Origin: Eledone cirrhosa
Lineage: Eukaryota
Assembly: GCA_964016885.1 (NCBI GenBank)
Contig: OZ024743.1
Location: 85,560,001-85,624,000, forward strand
Length of the DNA stretch: 64,000 nt
Direction of reading: 5' to 3'
The position numbers were made by a program, and so were the translations under genes. Shown here one piece after another: positions 50,806 through 62,955 of this stretch (its first letter is position 1; each line of letters opens with the position of its first letter). The notes under the pieces are model-generated. The model had not been told where the DNA came from. It did not search any database and saw nothing but the letters and a program-made list of their open reading frames with translations.

Positions 50806-51838
50806 TGAGGGAAAAGCCTTTTGCAGCTAGCAGTGGCAGTAGTTCCCTGAACTTCTTCCATCCCGTTCTTACCCTAGTTATTGTACTTTCTGTACACCCA
50901 CTTCCGCTGCTAATTCGGTCACCTAGGTAGCAGAAGCTGTCTACTGTTTCTACAGAGCCCTCCCAGAGTTTGGTGGTATTTGTTTCCTGTGGCTGTTTGC
51001 TGCTTGCTGTCCCAGCACAGCTGCTACATGTGAAGCCTACATTCTTAATTAAGCATCCTGAGATCCCGCTACATCTCTTGTGTACCAATTGTTTGCATTT
51101 GGGAGAGAGAATGGAGTTCCTACCTACACCTTTCCTACATACTGAGCAAGGCCATTTCCCCGAGGGGATCTGGGTTCTGTTTTCTAGTCTACTTACAAGG
51201 ACCTTAGTCTTTGTCAGGTTGACTTTGAGACCCTTTCTTTCTAGTCCCTGCTTCCAAGTTTGGAATTTCTTCTCTAGTTCTACCATAGATTCAGCTATAA
51301 GTGCAAGGTCATCTGCATACAGGAGTTCCCATGGGCATCTGGTCTTAAACTCCTTCGTTATTGCCTGCAGGACTATGATGAACAGGAGAGGGCTAAGAAC
51401 AGAGCCCTGGTGGACACCAACCTGGATGCTAAATTCCTCGCTATACTCATTGCTAATCTTAACTTTGCTGACTGCTCCCCTATACATGGCTTGTACAGCT
51501 TTCACAAGCCATTCATCTACTCCTAGTTTTCTAAGAGCCTACCAGATTATAGCACGTGGAACTCTGTCAAAGGCTTTCTCGAGATCGACGAATGCCAGGT
51601 AGAGTGGCTTACTTTTAGCTAGGTATTTTTCCTGTAACTGCCTCACAAGGAAGAGGGCATCAGTGGTGCCTCTTCCTGGTACAAACCCAAATTGCATCTC
51701 ATCTAGTTTCACCCGGTCCCTAATCAACTGTGCTATAACTCTTTCTGTTACTTTCATGACCTGGTCCATCAGCTTTATACCTCTATAGTTTCCTCTATCT
51801 AGTGCATCACCTTTACCTTTGTAGCAGTTGACAAGGAA
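50806..51838 (-). mobile_element. RTE LINE RT fragment with PHD-like insert
   Basis: QFGFVPGRGTTDA, FVDLEKAFDRVPR, GVHQGSVLSPLLF, LLYADD, WPCSVC...HKRC...CSSC, FCYLG. Confidence 0.9.
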
Positions 51839-51843
51839 TGTAT

Positions 51844-51876
<33 letters not shown>

Positions 51877-51945
51877 ATATACTGTATATATATATATGTA
51901 TATTATATATATATATGTATATTATATATATATGTATATTATATA

Positions 51946-52818
51946 TCATCATCATCATCATTGTTTAACGTCCATATTCCACGCTTGCATGAGTTTGGAC
52001 GGGAGTTTTCCCACTTGAGGCAAGAGTGGTTGTCTTGCTCGCATAGGACTGTCTGGTGGGTTTTCTACGGCTGGATGCCCTTCCTAACACCAACCACATT
52101 TACAGTCTGGAACTGGGAGGTTTTTACTGTGTTACCTACACGGCCACATTACAGCGTGGACTGTGTTTTTTTTTGTCGTGACACCTACACGACCTCATTT
52201 GTTTTGGCCTGGATGTTGTGGTACCAACATAACTTTACATTGAAAGGGGCGGTGTGGATGGGGTGGGGGTAGTGGGACGGTGGTGTATTTTGTTAGAGGT
52301 GCCTACTGACTGTAGTAGGTTTTACTTTGTATTTAGGTAAGGCGGGTCTTCTCTATTACTGAGTACCGCCAAAGATCTCGGTCCAGTGACATTGTCTTGG
52401 AGAGGTGTAAGTGTGTGAGGCCGGAATTTATCAAGTCGTCTCAGGTTTTTCTGGGTCTGCCTACTCCGTGGCTACCGTCTGTTTTTATTGCCCTGCACTT
52501 TTTTATACAGCTGTCGTCTTTCATGCGCATCACGTGACCATACCAACGTAGCCTTCTCTCGAGTAAACAACATCTGATCCCTCTTATTTCTAATTTTTCC
52601 CTTAGTTCGTTAATGCTTTGCCGTTCACGTATATTACTATTACACATCCAGCGGAGCATGCAAGCTTCGTTCCTCTCTAGTCTGCGTATATCCTCTGCAC
52701 ACAATGCCCAGGTCTCACTGCCATGCAACATTGCTGTTCGTATGCAGGCATCATACAGCCTGCCTTTCATTTTTAGGGAGAACCCTTTAGCGGCTAATAG
52801 TGGTATAAGCTCTCTGAA
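51946..52818 (-). mobile_element. Young RTE LINE 3' end
   Basis: KGRLYDACIRTAMLHGSETWA...GRPRKT, 3' UTR and (GAT)n tail. Confidence 0.92.
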
Positions 52819-52961
52819 TATATATGTATATTATATATATGTGTATATTATATATATATGTATATTATATATATGTGTATATTATATATATATGTATATT
52901 ATATATATATATATATGTATATTATATATATATGTATATTATATATATATATATATATATA

Positions 52962-53823
52962 TCTATTAGCTGCTAAAGGGTTCTCCCTAAAAATGAAAGG
53001 CAGGTTGTACGATGCCTGCATACGAACAGCAATGTTGCATGGCAGTGAGACCTGGGCTTTGTGTGCAGAGGATATACGCAGACTAGAGAGGAACGAAGCT
53101 TGCATGCTCCGCTGGATGTGTAACAGTAATATACGTGAACGGCAAAGCATAAACGAACTAAGGAAAAAATTAGAAATAAGAGGGATCAGATGTTGTTTAC
53201 TCGAGAGAAGGCTACGTTGGTATGGACACGTGATGCGCATGAAAGTCGATAGCTGTATAACAAAGTGCAGGGCAATAAAGATAGATGGTAGCCACGGAAT
53301 AGGCAGACCTAGAAAAACCTGGGACGAGCTGATAAACTCCGACCTCACACACTTACACCTCTCCAAGACAATGTCACTGGACCGAGACCTTTGGCGGTAC
53401 TCAGTAACAGAGAAGACCCGCCTTACCTAAATACATAGTAAAACCTACTACAGCCAGTAGGCATCTCTAACAAAATACACCCCGTCCCACCACCACCACC
53501 CCCACCCCATCCACACCACCCCGTTCTATGTAAAGTTATGTTGGTGCCGCGCCATCCAAGCCGAAACAAATGAGATCGTGTAGGTGTCACGACAAAAAAA
53601 CACACAGTCCACGCTGTAATGTGGCCGTGTAGGCAACACAGTAAAAACCTCCCAGACCCACACTGTAAATGTGGTTGGTGTTAGGAAGGGCATCCAACTG
53701 TAGAAAACCTGCCAGACAGTCCTATGCGAGCAAGACGATCACTCTTGCCTCAAGTGGGACTACCCCCGTCCAAACCCATGCAAGCATGGAACACGGACGT
53801 TAAACGTTGATGATGAGGATGAT
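52962..53823 (+). mobile_element. Young RTE LINE 3' end (inverted partner of 51946-52818)
   Basis: LLAAKGFSLKMKGRLYD...EKTRLT*, 3' UTR and tail. Confidence 0.92.
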
Positions 53824-53828
53824 ATATA

Positions 53829-54143
53829 TTTCATTTCATTTTACGTCCGCTTTTCCCTGCTTGCAAGGGTGGGACGGAAACTGATTCTGGCTTGATTTCT
53901 ACAGCTGGATGCCCTTCCTAACACCAACCTCATTTACAGTGAGTGCTGGGTGCTTTTTTTCCATGGCGCCTACACGACCACTTTGCAGTGGAATGATATG
54001 GACCCTAGTCCCTATCATCTCATTTCTACAGTGAAATAAAGTGTCTTGCTCAAGGAAACAACACATCACCAGGTCTGAGAATTGAACTCACAACCTTTCG
54101 ATTGCAAGGCCAATGCTCTAACCACTAAGCCATGTGCCTCCAT
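53829..54143 (-). mobile_element. tRNA SINE with RTE tail
   Basis: Reverse complement of 874-1205 with a short internal deletion. Confidence 0.88.
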
Positions 54144-54148
54144 AATGA

Positions 54149-54232
54149 AGCGGTCACCCATCTAAGTACTAACTAGGCTCGACGTTGCTTAACTTCGGTG
54201 ATCGGACGAGAACTGGTGTTTTCAGTGTGATA
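54149..54232 (-). pseudogene. 5S rRNA fragment (about nt 12-95)
   Basis: Minus strand atcacactgaaaacaccagttctcgtccgatcaccgaagttaagcaacgtcgagcctagttagtacttagatgggtgaccgc matches the invertebrate 5S rRNA core including box A and box C; both ends are missing. Confidence 0.9.
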
Positions 54233-54303
54233 TTATATACTGTATATATATTATATATATATTATATATATCATATATTATATATATAATATATATATAT
54301 ATA

Positions 54304-55506
54304 GGGCACCGGTCCTCATCCGGGAAATGGCCATGCTCAGTGTGTAGGAAAGGAGAAGGTAGAAACTCCATTTTATGTCCCAAATGCAAAGTATGGGTGC
54401 ATAAAAGATGTAGTGGAATCGCAGGTAAGCTAACTAAGAACATAGATTTTATATGTGGCCGGTGCTCTGGTGCAATAAGTACCAGCAAGTGCCCACAGGG
54501 TACTAGCTCATTCCATTGCATAGATGGTTCTATAGAAATAGTGGACACCTTCCGTTACTTGGGTGACAAAATCAGCAGTGGTGGAGGGTGCTCTGAAAGT
54601 ACAGTAGCTAGAGTCAGAACTGGATGGAAAAAGTTCAGAGAGCTTATACCACTATTAGCCGCTAAAGGGTTCTCTATAAAAATGAAAGGCAGGCTGTATG
54701 ATGCCTGCATACGAACAGCAATGTTACATGGCAGTGAGACCTGGGCATTGTGTGCAGAGGATTTACGCAGACTGGAGAGGAACGAAGCTTGCATGCTCCG
54801 CTAGATGTGTAATAGTAATATACGTGAACGGCAAAGAATAAACGAACTAAGGGAAAAATTAGAAATAAGAGGGATCAGATGTTGTTTACTCGAGAGAAGA
54901 CTACGTTGGTATGGTCACGTGATGCGCATGAAAGACGACAGCTGTATAAAAAAGTGCAGGGCAATAAAAATAGACGGTATCCACGGAGTAGGCAGACCCA
55001 GAAAAACCTGGGACGACTTGATAAATTCCGACCTCACACACTTTCACCTCTCCAAGACAATGTCACTGAACCGAGATCTTTGGCGCTACGCAGTAATACA
55101 GAAGACCCGCCTTACCTAAGTACAAAGTGAAACCTACTACAGTCAGTAGGCACCTCTAACAAAAATACACCCCCGTCCCACTACCCCCACCCCATCCAAA
55201 CCACCCCTTTCAATGTAAAGTTATGTTGGTACCACAACATCCAGCCCGAAACAAATGAGGTCATATAGGTGTCACGACAAAAAAAACACAGTCCACGCTG
55301 TAATGTGGCCGTGCAGGTAACACGGTAAAAACCTCCCAGTCCACACTGTAAACGTGGTTGATGTTAGGAAGGGCATCCAGCCGTAGAAAACCCGCCAGAC
55401 AGTCCTATGCGAGCAAGACAACCACTCTTGCCTCAAGTGGGAAAACTCTCGTCCAAACCCATGCAAGCGTGGAAGATGGACGTTAAACGATGATGATGAT
55501 GATGAT
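54304..55506 (+). mobile_element. Young RTE LINE 3' part with PHD-like finger
   Basis: WPCSVCRKG...CPKCKVWVHKRC...CGRC, FRYLG, GSETWA, GRPRKTW; one in-frame stop at 54802; (GAT)n tail. Confidence 0.92.
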
Positions 55507-55529
55507 ATTATATATATATTATATATGTG

Positions 55530-57010
55530 TAAATGTAGTAATTCCGTCGGAAAGGTCCAGGAAAAAAGAGTGCTCTATGTAGGTTACAGAGCTTAATAGT
55601 TATGTAATAAACAACATAAGGCAATTATTTCATTTACCAGTGGTTTCTTAAAAGCAAACAAATTTTGCTTTCAATCATCAGAATGATGATTTCTCAAAGA
55701 GAAATTTCCTTCCCATAATATCGGTTTATACCGTGACGACGGATTGGCAGTTTCTCATACCACCAACGGCCATAAGCTTGATAAATTCCGTAAAGATTTA
55801 ATCAATACTTTTGCTAATCTTAACCTTAAAATTACTATAGATACGAACCTTACCAATGCTAACTTTCTTGATATTAATCTTGATCTACTTACTGCTTCTT
55901 TTAAACCTTATCATAAACCTAACGAAAATCTTAGATATATACACAAAGTCTTGCCACCCAACCTATAGTTTTTAAAAATCTTATTCCCAACATTAGCCGT
56001 AGGATTTCTACCTTATCTTCGTCTCTAGACATTTTTAATAAAGCCGCCCCTTACTATAATAAAGCCCTTAATAACAGCGGATTTACAGAACAAATTAATT
56101 ATTTACCTACCCCCCTAAAACTAACCACAATAATAGGAAAAGGAAAATTATTTGGTTTACACCCCCTTTCTCTCTAACTGTCAAAACTAATGTAGGAAGG
56201 AAATTCCTTGACCTCTTAGATAAACATTTTCCTCCTAATCATAGATATTATAAGATATTTAATAGAAATGCAGTTAAAATCAGTTACTCTTGCTGCCCAT
56301 CAATGAAGTCTAAAATCACTAATTCCAATCGTACGAGAATAAATCCTGGATGCAGTTGCAGGAAGCCGGATGAATGCCCATTACAGGGCAAATGTAACAC
56401 CAAATCCGTTGTATATGAGGCCAAAGTGACACCTTTAATTAACAACCAGCCAGCCAGGAGTGAACAATATGTTGGCATGACCCAGGACAGGTTTAAAACC
56501 AGGTTTTATGCACATGTCACTTCTTTTAAACACTCCGATAAAAGAACAGCAACGGCTCTCGCAAATAAGGTGTGGGAATTCAAGGATAAAAACATTCCGT
56601 ACTCTATAGATTGGTCTATTTTAGACAATTCGAGGGAGTACCAAAGGGGCACAAAGAATTGTCCTTTGTGTACCACTGAAAAATTTAGGATTTTACAAAA
56701 CTTGAAAGCCACTTCAACTTGCCTGAACTCCAAGACCGAGATCTTCAGATGTTGTCCTCACCTGAAATCACATCAGATCTGTAACTGGATTGACATGCCT
56801 ACGATAACTCAACCACCTTGAACTTCTTCTCTGCTCTCTACGCTTTACATCCACTACGATTTTTACCTTCTGAATTCACTTTCTGTACTCTTATATTCTT
56901 TTTCTGCCTTATCTCCCCTTATATTTAAACCTTTTCCTATGTCATTTTTTACCCCCTACTTTCTACCTTACCCTTCACATACCCACCTTTTTTATTTTTA
57001 GATATTTATT
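55530..57010 (+). mobile_element. 5'-truncated Penelope-like element (Naiad-like RT + GIY-YIG) with inverted pseudo-LTR
   Basis: IGLYRDDGLAV...NFLDINL...YHKPN, RKRKIIWFTPPFS...KHFP...KISYSC, CSCRKPDECPL, VVYEA...YVGMT...FKTR..AH, CPLCTTEK; frameshifts present. The inverted segment about 55530-55690 carries a hammerhead. Confidence 0.9.
55630..55686 (-). ncRNA. Type I hammerhead ribozyme in the inverted Penelope pseudo-LTR
   Basis: tcatt-CTGATGA-ttgaaagcaaa(atttg)tttgcttttaa-GAAA-ccactgg-TA-aatga: 5-bp stem I, 11-bp stem II, near-palindromic stem III, GUA triplet. Confidence 0.82.
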
Positions 57011-57013
57011 TCT

Positions 57014-57155
57014 GTGTATGTGTGTGTGTATGTGTGTTGCGCATATGTGTATATATGTATATATATATATGTATGTATATTTATGTGTGTATGTATGTTT
57101 ATATATCTGTATGTATATGTATGTGTGTATATGCTTCTGTTGTATTTGTGTGTGC

Positions 57156-57214
<59 letters not shown>

Positions 57215-57470
57215 ATGTGTGTGTGTGTGTGTGTGTATATTTGTTTGTGTGTATTTTCATATAATTGTTTTTGTGTGTGTATATATATATAATAGCCTCA
57301 GAAACGGCTTGAGCTCTGCCTTGGGGTCATACTTTTTCCTATATGTGTGTATTTATATACGTATATGTATGTATATGTGTGTGTATTTGTATGGTTGTGT
57401 TGTGTGTGTGCATGCGTGTATATATATAAAAAGCGGACGTAAAATGATGATGATATATATATATATAGTG
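57014..57470. repeat. (TG)/(TA) microsatellite region
   Basis: Seen directly. Confidence 0.9.
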
Positions 57471-58159
57471 TTTCGATGTTATTTCAATATTCCTTCCATA
57501 ATTTCTATATTTTGTCGATACTCTATCAATATTGTTTCTATATTGCATCAATATTTTTTCCATATTGTTTTGATATTTTTTTCAATATTGTTTCAATTTT
57601 GTATTGTTATTGCTTTGATATTATATCAATGTTGTTTCAAAATCATATCAATGATGTCTTGATATTGTATAGATGTTGTTTTGTTGTATCGATCTTGTTT
57701 CTATGTTGTGACTCAAAATTCAATAATACAAATCAACAGGTAGACTCTATAAGCCATGCAGAAGGCAGTATGTTTAGGAGGGCAATGACTCTGAATAAAA
57801 TAAGACTACATGAAGCATGAGCTCCAGAAGCCATGTAGTGGCTCTGAATGACTGCACAGGGTAGGCGTGGGCTCAATAAGCTGAAATGTAGGCAAACCGT
57901 GCAAGGTAGCATGGATCCTTCAATCCGGTAAGATAACTTCTCTATTGCCAGTGGCACGAATAATTCACCCAGTCGATTCTGTAAAGTGGTTCATGAAAAG
58001 AAGGGCATCCAGCCAGTAAAACTTACCAAAACTGTGCAAAGTACAACACAAATCTTCCAGTAATTGCACATACAGGGTTAACACTAGTCGTGTTATTGCT
58101 GCTCATGTGTGAGAACCCCTTGACTGTTATCAATCAATTGCTCACCGGTATGTTCCCTT

Positions 58160-60185
58160 CAAGGTATAAAGAACTCCAAAAAAAACAAATCATCATTACT
58201 AGGTAACTCATCTTAAACCTGCTGAAAGGTAGATTAGGTGAAATTGTGGAGTTGCTGGCGAAGTGATGAGCAGATCAATGCTGTGTTCAGGAGGTGAGAT
58301 GGAGGGGTGACTCAACAAGACCTCTGAAGGCAAGCAACATAGATACAAGATCTTCTGTGTATGTAATGATGATGGTGTAGGTGAGCCATGTCAAACTGAG
58401 GGCCACATGTGTCACACATGTGTTGTCTGAGGGCCACACACAACAACTAATTGCACATATTACAACTAATTTTAAAATGTTTATATTACGAAGATAAAAC
58501 ATGCTCGTGCTGTAAAAACCTTTATGTGGGCCGCAGGTGTGCTCGTAGAGGGTCGCATGCGGGCCGCATATTTGTAATGCCTGGTGTAGGTGGAGTAGAC
58601 ATTCTAGTAGCTGAGAAGTGGATAGATAAGGTAATCAAAGTAAGATTGGCAGAATTATCAAACTCAGGATAGTGATAAGCAATAAAATGACAAGTATCTC
58701 TAGCTATGTACCACAAGCAGGATTGAGTAAGGAACAAAGAACTGCTTTTATGAACAACTTTGACAGGCAACCCCAGTTACTGATGACAGAAACCTTATTG
58801 TCCTAGCAGGAGACTTTAATAGACATATTGGATAACACAAGGATGGATACACTGGTGCACACAGTGGCTGCGGAGAGAGAATGAGACTCCTGGAATTATG
58901 TTATGCAAATGATTTAACCATTTACAACAGTAAGTTCAGGAAACCTTCCAGCCAGGTGAACATATGACCCAAATTAACTTCATACCTTTTAGAAAATGAG
59001 ATAAACAGATGGTTAGAAATATTAAGACCTTCCCTGGAGAATAATTTACTGCACAACACAAGTTAGTTCAATATCAAAATAAGCTCAACACAGGAAAATC
59101 TGGAGGAGAAAATTTTGGAGGCTAAAGGACCTTTTTGTTAAGTGTAGGTTCAGGAAAGCTTTACATGAGGCATATAAGTAGGAAGACAAGTTAGATACAT
59201 ATAACATAGAGGACAATTGGAATTTCCTATGTTATAACCTACTACAGATTACTGAAAAGACTTGTCGCTGGTGCAAAGCACCAGCAAGACAGAGGGTGAC
59301 CTGGTGGTGAAACAGCACAGTAGATAGGGCCATTAAACCCAAGAGACAGGTGTGGAAAAATGGAGGCAGCTAAAAGAGAAGCTAGATGACTGGTATACAT
59401 AGCTTGGAAAGAGGCTGAAAGGAGAAGGTTTGCCAATGTTTTGCAATGTGAAGATCAGAGACATGAGGTGTCCTGCATTGTAAGGCAGTGAGTTAGTGTA
59501 AATCAGGATATTGTTTGGGGAAAAGTGTGTTCAAAATGACACAGGTGAACTTAGCATCAATATGTTGAAAAGGATCAGGCATAAACTCTATATGATGTAA
59601 ACTATGTAAATATTGGATACACAAGAGGTGTAGTAGGATAACAGGTAGACTAACAGGAAGAGAAGACTTTGTATATAGAAGATGCACTGGGTAATCAAGG
59701 GGAAGAATATCAGTGATACAAACCTTTTCCAATCACAGGATGGAAGTGGTTGATAGCTTCTACTATCTTGGTAATATAATTAGCAGTGGAGGAGGGTGCT
59801 CGGAGAGCATAGTAGCTAGTATAAGGACAGGATGGAAGAAGTTTAGGGAAATGCTACCCCTGCTAACCACAAAAAGTTTCTCCTTATGAACGAAAGGTCA
59901 GCTGTATGGCACCTGTGTGCAAAGTGCCATGCTGCATGGCAGTAACTACAAAAGACATGTAGGCCAGAGAGAAATTAAAAAGCATGCTTTGATGGATGTG
60001 CAATGTTAATGTGAGACAATGACAAAGCATGGATGAACTGAGGGACAAACTGAGTATTAAAGGGACCAGAAGTAGTGTGCAGGAGAGGAGACTATTGGTA
60101 TGTACATATGATGCACATGGATGATGATCGCTGGGTGAAAAAGTGTCAAGTAATCCCAAAGGAAGGCATAAAATGATGATGATGA
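58160..60185 (+). mobile_element. Old internally deleted RTE LINE (endonuclease and 3' part)
   Basis: GVDILVAEKWIDKV and LAGDFN (APE), zinc-finger remnant near 59560-59690, GWKKFREMLPLL; many stops. A further RT piece lies at 60205-60510. Confidence 0.75.
58383..58583. mobile_element. hAT-like MITE nested in the RTE endonuclease region
   Basis: 8-bp target-site duplication GTGTAGGT at 58375-58382 and 58584-58591; degenerate TIRs gagccatgtcaaac / tttgtaatgcctg. Confidence 0.7.
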
Positions 60186-60788
60186 TATATATAATTAAAT
60201 TGGTGGGTGCTTAGGAAACTAGAGGTAGATGAGGGGCTTGTGTGGGCAGTACAAGTCATATATAGAGGAGCAGTCAGCAAGGTTAAAATGAATGATTTAT
60301 AGTGAGAAGTTTAGTGTGCAAGTTGGGTTCCACCAGGGCTCTGTTCTTAGCCTTCCTCTGTTTATCATCCTCCAAGTTATAACAGAAGAGTTTAAGAGGC
60401 TGCTCATAAGAACTCCTATATGCTGAATTTGAATATCTGGCAGAATTAGAGAAAAAATTCCAGGCCTAGAAGCATAACTTGGAATCAAAAAGTGTTAAAG
60501 TCAACTTCCAACTCTCAGTCATCATTCCCCTTCTAATCATTGTCTTAGTCATATTTAATTGCTTTGAAAGAGATGATAGTGTGGAGAGATCTCTTTAGCT
60601 TCACAGTGGCCAAGGCAACCACTATAGTGTTGGTGCCATGATAGAATGCATCCTGTATATTATGTAAAGTGGTTAGCAGTCTAACAGGGACAACAGGGTA
60701 GAGAGGATTTTTTTAGTCATGTCGAAATTTTGATAATCTTTCTAGAGCGGGGGGGCCATCATCAAATGTACATCCAGTACTCTCTATA

Positions 60789-61294
60789 GCAGACATAGGC
60801 AACCTTTTATGAGCAGTGGGCTACATAATAATACAGGCCAAAGTACTTTAAAAATTCAAAGTAATCATAATAGGGACAAGGTAGTGTATTCTTTAAACAT
60901 ATTGAAGTCTTGACAACCTCTTTAGAATGGATGCTATTATCATATGCACCCAGTACACTCTGTAAAGTAGTTGGTGTTTGAAAGGCCTCCAACCATAGAA
61001 ACCATATCAAAATTAAACTTATTCAGCAAGACGAGGTACTCCATCACCCACTTGGGATGACAGTAACTCTAACTAAAGTACTCATTTGGTTTGTAATGAC
61101 CCAGCCATCCCATGCCAGCATGAAACATACCTACGTTAAATCTGTCATGAGTAAACTGTGATCCCTTTTTGGCTTTCTGAATGGCACAGTTAATGAAAAA
61201 TTACCTTGATTTTTTTTTTTTTAGTAGCATTACCCGCCTTATGATACGTCACACTTGATGCTGCCCACTGCTTGAAAAAGGTTACCCACTCCTG
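60789..61294. mobile_element. Possible hAT-like MITE containing an RTE-tail repeat
   Basis: Imperfect TIRs cagacataggcaaccttttatgagcagtgggc / gcccactgcttgaaaaaggttacccactcctg; no clear target-site duplication. Confidence 0.45.
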
Positions 61295-62129
61295 CATTAA
61301 ATAATTGTTTCTACTTTTGGCACAAGGCCAGCAATTAACCAGTGTATTACTGGTACTTTATTTTATCGACCTTGTAAGGATGAAAGGCAAAGTTAACCAC
61401 AGCGGGATTTGATGATGACACACAATTCTTCTCTATAGTCCATCTTATCATTCCTCCCTCTCTACCCAACACTATCTGCTCTAGAGTAATTTATAGCTGT
61501 GACAAAGGAAGAGAGGAGGCACTGGTCAAATTTCATGGTATGATACTATATAATACAATATATTAAATTTAAATGTTTGAGTTTCAAGGAAACTTGAATT
61601 AATTTATTTTTTATTTATCTTAATTAATCAAGTAAACTAAACTTTCATCACAATTGAACTTTATTTACTAAAGATAATAATTCTTTTTTTAAACAATTAT
61701 AATACTTTTGAGTTTATTTAGTAAACAAAAAAGATATATATATGCACACACATACACACGTATGCACATGTGCTCACACACATTCATTTAGATGTATAGA
61801 AGAAAAGAGTGTTGTGATGTTCATGCATTTCTAAAAAAATGTTTTTAAGGATAGTTCTACCCCAGACAATGTTATACAATATTTTGAGGAATTCTTTTTT
61901 AAAAAAGACAGTTTGATAAGTTTTGAATGAGAATTGGCTGTCATTTCTAATGGGGTCAGTAGATAAAGGTTCTGTCTTTGGTTTATTACTCTGGTTGAAA
62001 ATGGAATATTTTTAAAAGACAATAAATGGGAAAGTGTGTTTGTTGTTTAAGACTTTCTCACACCTAAGTAGAACGTTTGACTGAGATTATATTTGAAATT
62101 TGAATTTAGGTCGTTGTTGTGTAGGTTAT

Positions 62130-62810
62130 AATACCACCACCACCACCATTACCACCACCTTCACTTCCACCACCAACAGAAACACAACCACCACCATTAC
62201 CAACACCAACATCCACCACCACCAACCACATCACTACCACCGCCCTGCAATAGCAACAGCACCTCAGCCACTACCACCAGCAGCAACAGTAACACCTCCT
62301 TCACCACCAACACCATCACCACCAAACACCATTGTTACCACCAGTAGGAGCACCAAAACTATCATCATCACACTACCACCAGCAACACTGCCACTAACAC
62401 CATAACCCCCCCCCCCACACACACACACACACATACACAACACCCCCACCACACAGCAACACCATTTGGACAACCACCTCACAGTATCAGCAACACCATC
62501 ACCACCACCAACAACAACCAGTATCATCAACACCACAGCACCACCATCATAAGCACCCCCTCCACAACAACACCACCACCACACAGCGACACCACCAACA
62601 GCAACAACAGTATCAGTAACACCATCACCACCACCACCACCACCACCATCACCACCACCACCACCACCACCATCATAAGCACCCCTCCACAACACCACCA
62701 CCATCAGCAACACCATAATAAGCACCACAACACAGCCACAACACTATCACTACCAGTAACACCACTTGGACAACCACAATGCAATATCTGCAACACAACC
62801 ACCACCAGTA

Positions 62811-62867
<57 letters not shown>

Positions 62868-62955
62868 ACACCAACACCGACACCCCACCACCATCACACA
62901 GCAAAACCACCAACCCCACAGATGCCACCACTACTAGCCCCACCAACAACAGCTA
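62130..62955. repeat. (CAC/CAA)n and (CA)n low-complexity tract
   Basis: Seen directly. Confidence 0.92.

Noticed and set aside
54149-54232. Functional 5S rRNA gene
   Set aside because: It lacks both termini (helix I) and the oligo-T terminator, and it is not in a tandem array.
57290-57332. SECIS-like hairpin downstream of the Naiad-like element
   Set aside because: It has an AAA bulge and a mini-stem but no AUGA/GA quartet, and no in-frame TGA is seen at conserved Cys positions of the GIY-YIG ORF.
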